Source: a virus
Virus record (IMG/VR): IMGVR_UViG_3300025640_000009
Coordinates: 2,453-66,452 of that record
Reading direction: 5' to 3' (one strand)
DNA: 64,000 nucleotides
Shown here: in pieces, positions 31,166 through 40,438 of the stretch
Position numbering within the stretch: the stretch's first letter is position 1
Layout of the letters: each line of letters starts with the position of its first letter
Made by a program: the position numbers and the translations under genes
The notes under the pieces: generated by a model
The model's input: only the letters and a program-made list of their open reading frames with translations
The model's database searches: none
What the model was told of the DNA's origin: nothing

Positions 31166-32059
31166 CTATGATTCTTGTGCTAACTTAGCGAAGTAACTAA
31201 GGGTATCATCTTCAGCTTCAGCAGTTGGTGCTGCACCAGCAGGAGCTTCAGTGTATGTTGGTTCAGCCAATGTCTGAGCTACTGCAGGTTCTGCTACTGC
31301 CGCATGACCAGCATCAACACCTAATACCTTATTAAACTTAGCTTTAAGTTCAGCATAAGTCTTATAGTTTTCAGCCTTAGTGAAGTCTGCTAATGAATGA
31401 ACCTTAGCATATACTTCTTCTAGCTTTTCTTCGTCTGAGTTAAACAGAGCTGATTGATTACCGAACTCTGACTTATCGTAGTTTACCCAACCTTCAACTT
31501 TACGAATCTTGATCTTAAAGTCAGCACCTTCCCAGAAATCGTAAGGGTTAACTGGATCTTCATCTTGGAATTGAGGCTGCATCACGTCCATGATCTTGTC
31601 GAAGATCTTCTTACCAAACTTATAAAGGAATACCTTACCTTCATTTTGTGGATTAGATGGATCTGATACAACAAGCACATTTGACACATAGTGTAAACGA
31701 CGTTTGCGTTCGCGAGCAAGAGCTTTATCTTCATCTCGACCAGTATTCCATAGGATTGCATTTGCTTCTCCAACAGGATCATCTTGGCCAATAGAAGTTA
31801 ATGAGTTTTCGATATACCACATACCGGTTGGTCCTTGAAAGCCATGATCCCAATAACGAGCCCATGGTAAATCTTCACCTTCCTTGGGTGGAAGGAAACG
31901 AATTACTGCATAGCCATTACCAGCTTTATCACGAGTAGGCTTCCAAAAACGGTCATCACCGTATGATTTTGTTTCTGCTTTTTGAGATACAGCTTCTGCT
32001 GCTTGAACGAGTTTGTCGATAGACGAGCCACGACTAGATTTTAAATTACTTAAAGACAT
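31166..32059 (-). CDS. gp32: Single-stranded DNA-binding protein gp32
   Basis: DDRFWKP..DKAGNGYAVIRFLP, WYIENSLT, YKFGKKIFDKI and the acidic tail DDTLSYFAKLA. Confidence 0.97.
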   Translation of the reverse strand: MSLSNLKSSRGSSIDKLVQAAEAVSQKAETKSYGDDRFWKPTRDKAGNGYAVIRFLPPKEGEDLPWARYWDHGFQGPTGMWYIENSLTSIGQDDPVGEANAILWNTGRDEDKALARERKRRLHYVSNVLVVSDPSNPQNEGKVFLYKFGKKIFDKIMDVMQPQFQDEDPVNPYDFWEGADFKIKIRKVEGWVNYDKSEFGNQSALFNSDEEKLEEVYAKVHSLADFTKAENYKTYAELKAKFNKVLGVDAGHAAVAEPAVAQTLAEPTYTEAPAGAAPTAEAEDDTLSYFAKLAQES

Positions 32060-32124
32060 ATTGTTTTCTCCAATGTATGTTTTGTATTTTCTGAATTATC
32101 CACTTTATTCATAATGTAATGTAT

Positions 32125-32153
32125 ATTATAACACATTATCACTAACTTGTAAA
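32125..32153 (-). promoter_or_regulatory. Early promoter for gp32
   Basis: TTTACA-N17-TATAAT. Confidence 0.8.
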
Positions 32154-32729
32154 GGACTTTGTTACGATCTTTATCATCTTATCTCGGTCAATCGAAACAA
32201 ATGGATCGTACTTCTGAACTTTACGAGACAGATCAGGCCACATGATTGTCTCTGTTATTTGTTTATCTGCCTTCTCCATAAACCTTGTGAGTTTATTTAG
32301 TATGACCACAGTTTCTAAACAAATTTCTTGCTGTAAGAATGCATTGATAACTACTGGGTATTCGTTATCCTTACACTCCAACATTTCATCGAATGAGTTG
32401 ACCATCGATGATAATATATTTATATCACTTTTAAACCTATACGATAATGATTCATGGACTTTAACCATATCGTTATAGTTAGTCTCTCCATCAAGGCCTA
32501 GCATATCACCGACATACTTGACGTCCTGTATAAAGTTTGATACATAATACTTTAATAGATCCTTGCCATAACTCTTACCGAGCTTGGCAAAGAAATACTT
32601 GTCTCTCCGTTTAAAGAAAGACTGAGGATTAACTCGAGTTTTATAATGATACTTTACTGCATCATATCCGTCTGTTTCGAAATGAAGCTTGAGTGCATTA
32701 TAAAGTTTGTATGACTCAAATGGATCCAT
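32142..32729 (-). CDS. gp59: Helicase loader gp59
   Basis: Y.LYNALKLHF...YD..KY, F.KRRDKYFF.KL and LETVVIL. The start is probably MDPF at 32729. Confidence 0.9.
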   Translation of the reverse strand: MDPFESYKLYNALKLHFETDGYDAVKYHYKTRVNPQSFFKRRDKYFFAKLGKSYGKDLLKYYVSNFIQDVKYVGDMLGLDGETNYNDMVKVHESLSYRFKSDINILSSMVNSFDEMLECKDNEYPVVINAFLQQEICLETVVILNKLTRFMEKADKQITETIMWPDLSRKVQKYDPFVSIDRDKMIKIVTKSFTS

Positions 32730-32730
32730 C

Positions 32731-32991
32731 TTACTTAAGACATGATTCATATAATGCTTCCAAGTCTTCCATTTCGCCAGTGACTTGAGCAAGAGTTTGC
32801 TTATGGTATACGTTAGCTAACTTACGTAGATGCTTCTTATCGATACCAACCTTATCGTTTAATTCTTCAATAGCTTCTTTGATGAAGTTCTTTTCAGACT
32901 CAATGCGAACCATAGAGTTAGATAACTCAGTCATTGCATCTTTGATGATTTTACGATCTGCGTCTGATGATGGAATAATAATTGTGCTCAT
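32731..32991 (-). CDS. dsbA: T4 DsbA-like double-stranded DNA-binding protein
   Basis: E.SNSM.RIE.EK..IKE and LRKLA.VYHKQ; located in the gp59-gp33 cluster as in T4. Confidence 0.75.
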   Translation of the reverse strand: MSTIIIPSSDADRKIIKDAMTELSNSMVRIESEKNFIKEAIEELNDKVGIDKKHLRKLANVYHKQTLAQVTGEMEDLEALYESCLK

Positions 32992-33000
32992 GGTGTTTTC

Positions 33001-33267
33001 CTATAATGGTAGTTTATTGCCGGGTGTTGTTGTAATTAATTTTAATTCTGATGCTTCTACTTCTAGCTTCTGTCTAATTGAATCGGATAACAGCCGTTTG
33101 ACGTTACTGTATTCCATTCCACGTTCTTCAACTATATGTGTAATAGCATCGATATAACTTAGTTTCTTTGTTGCGACTAACATTTCGACTGCTGAAGAAA
33201 ATCTCTTCTTAGTCATAATCTTATAGTCTTTTAGTTCACTCAATTGATGACCCTCAGTATAATGCAA
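33001..33267 (-). CDS. gp33: Late transcription coactivator gp33 (true start probably 33243 or 33216)
   Basis: FS..VE......LSYIDAI, L.DSIRQKLEVEA.EL and the C-terminus NKLPL. Confidence 0.88.
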   Translation of the reverse strand: MHYTEGHQLSELKDYKIMTKKRFSSAVEMLVATKKLSYIDAITHIVEERGMEYSNVKRLLSDSIRQKLEVEASELKLITTTPGNKLPL

Positions 33268-34406
33268 TCCTTATTGATACGGCCAGCTGGTACACTGACC
33301 TTCGTGGTGAGACCCTTAAAGACATTATCAATCTGCTTCTGTGTCTTCTTAAGAATTTGTGGTAGTATATCATCAGGCTTACGAAGCGTACATGATCTAC
33401 TTAATTTGTCGTCGAAGTTCTTTAATGATGACCCTGATACCATAAAGCCATTAGCATGATCAGTTATAAACTCTGTTATTTTCTTTTGTTTAACATTGTA
33501 GATGTATAAGACCTTAGCACCTGGGATTTGAATAGGGCTGATGGACGCTAGCTTACTTTCATTATCATCCTTAAGGTAATTAAGCTTAGCCACTTGTTTG
33601 TCTGATGCCTTAGGTTTAGAAGCCCGTGGCTTACGTACAGCTTTATTTGCAAGTTGCGCTTTCTCAATATCATCTAAGACTATAGTTAATTGTTTCATAG
33701 CCTTTTTAATATTAGGACGTGACCAATGAGAATACGCGTCGACTGCTTGTTCACAATCTTTAGTGTATGCATCATTAAGTTCAGTATATAATAGTGTGAT
33801 CTTATCAGCAAACATTTTTACTGATGGTCCTTTTACGTCATGGCGTTTAATTGCATTATAAGCATCAAACTTTGTATTAAAGTCTTTATCAAACCAACCT
33901 TCAACCACAGTCTCATCAAATTCGTTATAGATTGTTTCCATCATTTTAGTACGCATACGATCTTGAATCGATATTACAACCTTTGATATATTATCATCTT
34001 TAACGACTTTATCAACGATTAACTTACCTTGTTCAATTAAATCTTGTACATGAATCTTAAGCAACTCACGTTCAGCTTTACGATAATTAAATCCAGTAAA
34101 GTGTACTGCTACAAGTTTTGATATAGGTAAAAAGCGAATATCAGAAACCTTTTTAAGATTCTTTAAGTCATCCTTAGAAACTTTAAGGAATTCTTTAGCA
34201 TAACGTACTGCATATGACTTAAAGTCTTTTGGCTTACACTTATAGTTAAACCAATTTGCAGCATTACTCCATTCGTTCCAATAAATCTTTGGATCTGTTG
34301 GTGTAGTTTTTGCATCGTACACTGGCATCGAACCATGGTATTGGCCATCAATAGTATTTCTATTGCCTCGGCCTTTAGCTCGCTTCTTATCTAATTCTGC
34401 TGACAT
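33240..34406 (-). CDS. Conserved T4-like hypothetical protein, 388 aa
   Basis: SISP.QIPGA..LYIYNVK and TLRKPD...GRINKDCIILRV; has its own promoter and RBS. Confidence 0.75.
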   Translation of the reverse strand: MSAELDKKRAKGRGNRNTIDGQYHGSMPVYDAKTTPTDPKIYWNEWSNAANWFNYKCKPKDFKSYAVRYAKEFLKVSKDDLKNLKKVSDIRFLPISKLVAVHFTGFNYRKAERELLKIHVQDLIEQGKLIVDKVVKDDNISKVVISIQDRMRTKMMETIYNEFDETVVEGWFDKDFNTKFDAYNAIKRHDVKGPSVKMFADKITLLYTELNDAYTKDCEQAVDAYSHWSRPNIKKAMKQLTIVLDDIEKAQLANKAVRKPRASKPKASDKQVAKLNYLKDDNESKLASISPIQIPGAKVLYIYNVKQKKITEFITDHANGFMVSGSSLKNFDDKLSRSCTLRKPDDILPQILKKTQKQIDNVFKGLTTKVSVPAGRINKDCIILRVIN

Positions 34407-34432
34407 TATGTCTCTCCTATAATAATAAATCT

Positions 34433-34461
34433 ATTATATCATACTTTTAAAGATTTGTAAA
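34433..34461 (-). promoter_or_regulatory. Early promoter
   Basis: TTTACA-N17-TATAAT. Confidence 0.8.
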
Positions 34462-34464
34462 CAA

Positions 34465-34761
34465 TTATTTTCCGATATGTTTAATATCACTATTAGGCAC
34501 TACTTGATAAGTACCTTTATTATAAGCGATAGAAACAGTATACTTTGATGAGATCTCTTTCTTATAAGAATCATCTTGCATAGTTTGAGTAGGTGGTTTG
34601 AGAGGAGCAGACTTATAATGAACCTGATCCTCGTAGTTAGGATGCACTGAGCGTACTTCAATTTCTTTAAAGGTACGCTTAAGCTTCTTACATTTGTTTA
34701 AAGCTTTAGTTTTACGCTTACGACCTGTATGATCATATCGTAATGAATTTGTATGCATCAT
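34465..34761 (-). CDS. Hypothetical basic protein
   Basis: C-terminal YTVSIAYNKGTYQVV motif, which recurs in T4-like phages. Confidence 0.7.
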   Translation of the reverse strand: MMHTNSLRYDHTGRKRKTKALNKCKKLKRTFKEIEVRSVHPNYEDQVHYKSAPLKPPTQTMQDDSYKKEISSKYTVSIAYNKGTYQVVPNSDIKHIGK

Positions 34762-35039
34762 GAGTAATCATCTCGAGATGCTTGATACGCTTCATACATT
34801 GGAGAAGCTTTAATGAATGTATCAACTTCTTTTTCAGTATAGTACATGTTCTTTTCAGAGAAAGCATCAAGATTTGAAGGAGCTTGATGGCCTGCTTTTT
34901 TAACAGACTTAGTGAGTGCACGAGTATCTTTAAGAGCAATACGATCTTGAAGCTTTTGCTTCTTAATAACCTTCTTATGTGATTTTTTGATAAGAGCCAA
35001 ACGTTGTGCTTTGGTGATGAGAGTAACTTTGTGTGTCAT
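34758..35039 (-). CDS. Hypothetical early protein
   Basis: AGGA RBS; coupled to the next gene. Confidence 0.65.
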   Translation of the reverse strand: MTHKVTLITKAQRLALIKKSHKKVIKKQKLQDRIALKDTRALTKSVKKAGHQAPSNLDAFSEKNMYYTEKEVDTFIKASPMYEAYQASRDDYS

Positions 35040-35048
35040 AATATAATC

Positions 35049-35249
35049 CTATATGTTAGCTAATAATATTGTTTTGATATCTTCTGCATTCCAACGCGGT
35101 ACCATTTGACTAGAAATGAACGCAGCAGCTTCATCAATTTCTTCGAAGTTACTATCAATACCGTTGACAGCGACAGCGTAATAAGATGCAGTGTTTTCGG
35201 GATCGGGTAAGACAACTTTAAACGAAATGTAATCTGTAAAGTGAAGCAT
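35049..35249 (-). CDS. Hypothetical early protein
   Basis: Same TAGGATTATAT RBS as its neighbour. Confidence 0.65.
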   Translation of the reverse strand: MLHFTDYISFKVVLPDPENTASYYAVAVNGIDSNFEEIDEAAAFISSQMVPRWNAEDIKTILLANI

Positions 35250-35258
35250 AATATAATC

Positions 35259-35333
35259 CTATAGGTATTGTAGTGCTAATATAGCAACAGCGATGATAAT
35301 GGCAAATTGAAACAGAAATCTTAAAACAGGCAT
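35259..35333 (-). CDS. 24-aa single-TM micropeptide MPVLRFLFQFAIIIAVAILALQYL
   Basis: First ORF after the early promoter, with a GAGAG RBS; its stop overlaps the next RBS. Confidence 0.55.
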   Translation of the reverse strand: MPVLRFLFQFAIIIAVAILALQYL

Positions 35334-35365
35334 AATATACTCTCAACTCGATTAATTAAGTAACT

Positions 35366-35394
35366 ATTATATCATACCTAGATGATATTGTAAA
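35366..35394 (-). promoter_or_regulatory. Early promoter with a conserved upstream box
   Basis: TTTACA-N17-TATAAT. Confidence 0.8.
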
Positions 35395-35432
35395 CGTTTA
35401 TTTTAGACTATTTTGTTATAAGAAAGACGATT

Positions 35433-35747
35433 CTAAGAACCATCCCATTTAGACCAACGATCTTTACTTCTTTGATGTCGAATAGCCGTACCTAAGAATT
35501 GCACGTTTAATTGCATAAGAAAGGTAAACATACATGCGATCATCATATGCTCAAAAGTCATTCCTGAAAGCTTTCCATATATGATTAGGAATGCAACTGA
35601 TGCTGCGTACGATGAGATAACTGCCATGAATTCTAAATAATTCGTTTTTACTGGACGTTTCCTTGATTCAGTTTTTTTATGGCCATAATACGGTACGTTG
35701 TCGATATGTTCATATTGCTTTTTAGTTTCTTTAGTCATTTCTGCCAC
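35433..35747 (-). CDS. Hypothetical two-TM membrane protein
   Basis: Two hydrophobic segments. Confidence 0.6.
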   Translation of the reverse strand: MAEMTKETKKQYEHIDNVPYYGHKKTESRKRPVKTNYLEFMAVISSYAASVAFLIIYGKLSGMTFEHMMIACMFTFLMQLNVQFLGTAIRHQRSKDRWSKWDGS

Positions 35748-35997
35748 CTTTTACATAATTAGAAGTTTCGTCTTCAGTAAGAAGTCCGAATTCGGATTCG
35801 AATCCATCAACATGGTGCTCAAATTCACCAGGCATAAAGCCAGAGATGAGAAACTCACGTTGATCTGCATCGAGCTCAGGGAAAACATCTTGAACATTAA
35901 CGTTTGTATTCTCGTATATGTCAAGTTGTTTTTGTGTTACTGGTAAAGACATAGTGTTAACTTTACCGCTTATGATATTTTTTCTATATACTAACAT
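35731..35997 (-). CDS. Hypothetical protein
   Basis: VQDVFPELDADQREFLISG motif, common in phages. Confidence 0.7.
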   Translation of the reverse strand: MLVYRKNIISGKVNTMSLPVTQKQLDIYENTNVNVQDVFPELDADQREFLISGFMPGEFEHHVDGFESEFGLLTEDETSNYVKGGRND

Positions 35998-36000
35998 AAT

Positions 36001-36225
36001 TTAGTCCAAGTCCTGCTCAATAGTGATTTTATAAGTGTTTCCGTTTTCGTCCATAACTTTAATGGTACGCTTAAGTGACAAAAGATAACCTTCGTCTTCA
36101 TCTAAATCTAAATGAGGACCTTTCACATCATGTATAATGTTATCTTCAATTGATGCTTCGGCCTCGTTAACCAAAGCTTTTTTAATTCGATCAGCGATAA
36201 AATCATTATATATTAAACTACTCAT
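36001..36225 (-). CDS. Hypothetical protein
   Basis: ORF in the early operon. The start is probably MSS at 36225, coupled to the upstream stop. Confidence 0.6.
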   Translation of the reverse strand: MSSLIYNDFIADRIKKALVNEAEASIEDNIIHDVKGPHLDLDEDEGYLLSLKRTIKVMDENGNTYKITIEQDLD

Positions 36226-36662
36226 ATTAAGTTCTCTCTCCAAAATTTAGCTGCTAATTTCTCTTCCAATTTGTACGCTTCTTTTTCCCATGGTAGATCC
36301 ATATAATCTACATCATCAGTAACGTGAGCTGTCTTCCAACGCATACCTTTATATTTACTATCCAATTCACCACGAGCAAATTGTTTAACGTGTACCAATT
36401 CATGAAGTACTGTACGAACAATCATACTGATGCCCATATTCTTGTTAATATCAATGGTAAAATTTCTCATTGGCTGCCATGGTTTATCGTCTTCATCGTT
36501 TGCTGAACATAAACCATAATTACCTTCTGGCATATTGATCAATTTGATATTAATCTTTAAGCTACTTAATGAGCGTAAGCCAAGTTCGATCATACCGAAT
36601 GCTGCGGTAGATGTGACCATTGCTCGAGTAGTTTTAGTTGAACCTGTAATATTAAGAATCAT
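36222..36662 (-). CDS. Zinc metallopeptidase-like protein (HEXXH)
   Basis: TVLHELVHVKQF and YMDLPWEKEAY. Confidence 0.8.
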   Translation of the reverse strand: MILNITGSTKTTRAMVTSTAAFGMIELGLRSLSSLKINIKLINMPEGNYGLCSANDEDDKPWQPMRNFTIDINKNMGISMIVRTVLHELVHVKQFARGELDSKYKGMRWKTAHVTDDVDYMDLPWEKEAYKLEEKLAAKFWRENLI

Positions 36663-36695
36663 AATAAGAATCCTGTTTGATTAATTTATGGATAT

Positions 36696-36724
36696 ATTAT
36701 ACCATTTTTTTTGGTATTTGTAAA
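36696..36724 (-). promoter_or_regulatory. Early promoter
   Basis: TTTACA-N17-TATAAT. Confidence 0.8.
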
Positions 36725-36834
36725 GGGTTATTTTTGTTAATATTTACATTTTCATTCTTAGGAGGGGTTTTAATTATTACCACGTTTGCGAGCCTTTTTG
36801 CACCAGTGACCGGTCTAGTTCGTGCTCTTCTCAT
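36697..36834 (-). CDS. 45-aa basic peptide MRRARTRPVTGAKRLANVVIIK...
   Basis: Strong AAAGGAG RBS directly after the early promoter at 36863-36891; not in the ORF track. Confidence 0.5.
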   Translation of the reverse strand: MRRARTRPVTGAKRLANVVIIKTPPKNENVNINKNNPLQIPKKMV

Positions 36835-36862
36835 TTTAACTCCTTTATTAATTTATATAGTT

Positions 36863-36891
36863 ATTATAACATAACTAGCTGCGGTTGTAAA
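36863..36891 (-). promoter_or_regulatory. Early promoter with a conserved upstream box
   Basis: TTTACA-N17-TATAAT. Confidence 0.8.
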
Positions 36892-37016
36892 CCTTTATTT
36901 AAGGTTTATTTAGATTGTTTTGGAATAAGAAATGATTTCTTATAACTTTTTGATATAAGCTCTAGAGTGATCTCTAATGCATTTATTAGCTAGATATGAG
37001 TATACCTACCAATAGA

Positions 37017-37931
37017 TCAGCCAAATGAAGCCACGGCCCTCTGAGGACCTCTGATCTCTTTATAGCCATTATGTACGATTTCCCATGCAGAATAATCTGA
37101 GTTAAGAGCTCTTACTAACCGATTGTTTAAATCATGACCACTCTTATGAGCTGTGATCTTACCTAGCATTGAAGCTCCAAACATGCTTACATCTCCTAAG
37201 CAATCCAAAGCCTTATGTCGTACAAACTCATCAGTATATCGTAGGCCTTCTTCATTAACGATATGGTAGTCATCAATTAATATGGCATTCTTAGTTGATC
37301 CACCTTTGATCAATCCTTTCTTTAAGAGTGCTTCTATTTGATCTACGAAGCCAAAGGTTCTGGCTCTCGAGATGTCTTGAATATATGAGGTGTGTTTAAA
37401 GTCTAATGATATGAATGCGGGTTTATCCTTAAAGACAGGATGGTCAAAATCTATACTGTAGTCTATTTTAAAACCATTGTATGGTTCTATTCTTATAAAC
37501 TTATCACCATCCTTTATCGTAATTGTTTTCTTAATGCGAATTAATTTTTTAAACTTTAACTGTTCTAATATACCCGCTGATTGAATAAGGAATACAAATG
37601 GTGCAGCAGATCCGTCCATGATTGGAACTTCAGGTCCATTAACCTCAACATAAGCGTTATCAATACCTAGTCCTTTAAAGGCTGACATCAGATGTTCAAC
37701 AGTCGATATGGTTGGTCTATTAGATCCATTACCAATCGTAGTTGAGAGATCAGTCGAAACCACATTGCTACCATGAGCAGCAATTCTTTCATGTGGTGTG
37801 ACGTCTGTTCTATAGAAAACTATACCTTCGTTTCCAGGGGCGGGATGTAGAGTAAGGTTTACGCTGTTGCCAGAATGTAAACCTATACCTTTACACTTTA
37901 TGCTATTTTTAATCGTATTTTGTCTAATCAT
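37017..37931 (-). CDS. lpxC: UDP-3-O-acyl-N-acetylglucosamine deacetylase (lipid A biosynthesis)
   Basis: GIGLHSG, STVEHLMSA, EVPIMDGSA, SRARTFGF, RHKALD and KSGH. Full length at 304 aa. Confidence 0.97.
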   Translation of the reverse strand: MIRQNTIKNSIKCKGIGLHSGNSVNLTLHPAPGNEGIVFYRTDVTPHERIAAHGSNVVSTDLSTTIGNGSNRPTISTVEHLMSAFKGLGIDNAYVEVNGPEVPIMDGSAAPFVFLIQSAGILEQLKFKKLIRIKKTITIKDGDKFIRIEPYNGFKIDYSIDFDHPVFKDKPAFISLDFKHTSYIQDISRARTFGFVDQIEALLKKGLIKGGSTKNAILIDDYHIVNEEGLRYTDEFVRHKALDCLGDVSMFGASMLGKITAHKSGHDLNNRLVRALNSDYSAWEIVHNGYKEIRGPQRAVASFG

Positions 37932-37938
37932 ATAATCT

Positions 37939-37967
37939 ATTATAACATAGTTTTAAGTGAATGTAAA
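37939..37967 (-). promoter_or_regulatory. Early promoter for lpxC
   Basis: TTTACA-N17-TATAAT; the ATG follows 7 nt after the -10. Confidence 0.8.
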
Positions 37968-37970
37968 CTA

Positions 37971-38513
37971 TTAATTTAAAGGATTTGTTGCAGCGTCTAA
38001 ACCTTCCCATAGATTATCTAATTCAGTTTTAAACTTATTTGTACGATCTTCAAACTTCTTAAGAGCATCAGCCATGGCTTTATATTCGTTACGAACTTCA
38101 ATCCAGTCTTTCTCTAAGTCAGCTACCTTTACTTCTGATTCCTTTGCTTCAGTAAGTACTTCAACTTGACGAGAACCAATGCCATCAAGCATTGTTTGTA
38201 GTTCAGCAAGCTTACCTTGTAGGTGACTTATATTGTTGTCTTCTAATCGTGTTTCAATCGTAGTAAGTTTAATTTGTTCAGCTTCAATGATTACTCTTAA
38301 TTCTTTAAAGTCTACCCTTTGAGCTGAACTTAACTCGCCTACTGTTTCTTCTAATTGAACTAAGGTATCATCAATGACACCCACATGTGAATAAAATTCT
38401 GACACTGCCCAGATACCACCACTAATGGTACCAATGATTGATGCCATGATTGCGATATAAACTCCTTTGAATTTTACACCGCCTACGTTAACTTCTGTTT
38501 CTTCAAGACTCAT
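37971..38513 (-). CDS. N-terminal TM plus coiled-coil hypothetical protein
   Basis: Hydrophobic residues 18-37, then a long heptad region. Confidence 0.75.
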   Translation of the reverse strand: MSLEETEVNVGGVKFKGVYIAIMASIIGTISGGIWAVSEFYSHVGVIDDTLVQLEETVGELSSAQRVDFKELRVIIEAEQIKLTTIETRLEDNNISHLQGKLAELQTMLDGIGSRQVEVLTEAKESEVKVADLEKDWIEVRNEYKAMADALKKFEDRTNKFKTELDNLWEGLDAATNPLN

Positions 38514-38525
38514 ATACTACTCCTT

Positions 38526-39776
38526 TTATGGTCCACCGACTGGTAATAATTCTGTTCTATCAAACTCTGAAATCTCTTGTTCATCATTGCCGAAAGTTGG
38601 GTTTGGATCAAATGCGCCTGGGTTACCATCACTTGCTCCTTCTTGAGCTCCAGTAATCATAGTGCCTGGTCCGTTATAACCAAGATTTCCATTCTCGCTA
38701 TTATATTGTGTTACACCTTGCGAATTGTTTTGTACGTTTATGACATCCATTGACAATTGAGTTGGATTGTATAATTTCGCATTCACATCATATCCTGGTG
38801 CTTGTTCTGCATATGATTCACCTGTACCATAACTATAAGCACTATACATCTCGTTTACAGATACTGGTGGATTATCTCCATAGAATCCATCATAGACTTC
38901 AGTTGTTGCTTTCGTCCAATTCACTTCACCTTCATTACCAAAGAACATACCTTGTAATACAGTATCAGTTGCGTTATCCCATGTCACAGTCATTTGATCA
39001 GACCATGCATCATAAGACACTGTTGAATTGGTTATATTAGATAGTGTTGCTTGACTATCATAGTTAATCATTGCGAGGGCTGCTGCATCTTGACTCGCAA
39101 ATAACGATGCCGTAGCCGCTTGAGCTTTATCTTCAATAGTATCGAGCGATTGGTTAAACGTTTGCACAGTTGATTGATCAATCTGTACGTCGTTGGCCCG
39201 TATGTAGTTTTGAAGTTCAACTCGCTCTTCGTCAGTCTCAGCGTTGATTGCTTCAGTAAATACAGCTTCAGCTTTACTAATTTCTGCTGCAGCATCAGTA
39301 AACATATCGATAGCTGCACCCATCTCATCTTTATTATCTTCATAGCTTTGTACTAATAAGTGTTCTGCACTGTAATAATTATTGTTAACTATATCTACTA
39401 TTGATTGGTTATAATATGCTGCTTCTAATAAGTCGATCTTATGAGCATCTGTTCTACCAGCAACTGGAACGATTGCTTCATTTGCATCGGCTGCAGTTGC
39501 AGGAGTCATCATACTCATTTCAATAACACTTGCTTGAGCATTACTGACTTGAGTATTAATATAGTTAGCTGTATTAATCAGCTCTTGAATTTCGGTGTAG
39601 TCACCAGTAGGTCGTAAAGGATTAATGCCTGGATCGATTAGATTACCAAACGTAAGACTTTGAATTGATGTACCACTATGGGAGATCTGACCAATCGACT
39701 GTTCTGTAGCGATCAGAGATAGACTTGCTATTATCAGACTCAGTATTTGTTTCTTTGCTTTGAACTTTTGTACCAT
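38526..39776 (-). CDS. Secreted acidic hypothetical protein, 416 aa
   Basis: Signal-peptide-like N-terminus and a helical core. Confidence 0.7.
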   Translation of the reverse strand: MVQKFKAKKQILSLIIASLSLIATEQSIGQISHSGTSIQSLTFGNLIDPGINPLRPTGDYTEIQELINTANYINTQVSNAQASVIEMSMMTPATAADANEAIVPVAGRTDAHKIDLLEAAYYNQSIVDIVNNNYYSAEHLLVQSYEDNKDEMGAAIDMFTDAAAEISKAEAVFTEAINAETDEERVELQNYIRANDVQIDQSTVQTFNQSLDTIEDKAQAATASLFASQDAAALAMINYDSQATLSNITNSTVSYDAWSDQMTVTWDNATDTVLQGMFFGNEGEVNWTKATTEVYDGFYGDNPPVSVNEMYSAYSYGTGESYAEQAPGYDVNAKLYNPTQLSMDVINVQNNSQGVTQYNSENGNLGYNGPGTMITGAQEGASDGNPGAFDPNPTFGNDEQEISEFDRTELLPVGGP

Positions 39777-40365
39777 TATTTTCTCCTATGCCAAGTATCG
39801 TATGGTAATACAATTTCTTAGCCTTTTTGAGCTTCTTATAGTTTGGTATAAAAATCTCAGGGCGTCTTCTTAAAGTAATGAATGCTGACTTACCAACAAT
39901 CACTTTTCCATTTACTACAATCGGACAAGGAGTACCTGATAGTAACATTGCTTCCCATACATCGATACTTTGACACATTCGAGTGATGGCTGCAATTTTC
40001 ATATTAAGAGTGTATAAGACTACTGAATCCTTTCGTCTATTACACTCAGGGTCTTGAACATAATCACCTTTACTAAAACCAATAACGGTTGATTGCATAC
40101 CACCAGATTTAGATTTTAAACAACTATCTGGTCCTGTTGACATCAATGATGGAGCTGTTGATGTTGCAACTGGAATCTGGCTTGCACTACCTGCACCATT
40201 ATATTGATTAGTATTAGTATTCGTTTCGTTATTACTATCTACCGTTGCGCCTTGTTGGTTCGTGTTCAAATCACCGTCTTGATTACTCGTGTTCCCACTA
40301 TCGGTGTCTTGAGCATTTACCGCACTGCAAAATACTAACAAAGCAATAATAAAAATATTCTTCAT
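39676..40365 (-). CDS. Secreted Cys-containing hypothetical protein
   Basis: Sec signal MKNIFIIALLVFCSAVNA, APSLMS..DSC and GTPCP. Confidence 0.75.
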   Translation of the reverse strand: MKNIFIIALLVFCSAVNAQDTDSGNTSNQDGDLNTNQQGATVDSNNETNTNTNQYNGAGSASQIPVATSTAPSLMSTGPDSCLKSKSGGMQSTVIGFSKGDYVQDPECNRRKDSVVLYTLNMKIAAITRMCQSIDVWEAMLLSGTPCPIVVNGKVIVGKSAFITLRRRPEIFIPNYKKLKKAKKLYYHTILGIGENNGTKVQSKETNTESDNSKSISDRYRTVDWSDLP

Positions 40366-40393
40366 TTCAATCCTTTACATTGTTTTACATTTA

Positions 40394-40401
40394 TATTTAT
40401 A
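40394..40401 (-). promoter_or_regulatory. Late promoter TATAAATA
   Basis: Exact consensus upstream of 40365. Confidence 0.75.
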
Positions 40402-40438
40402 CAAAACGTTAATTAGATTAGTGTTTAATTTTTAATCT

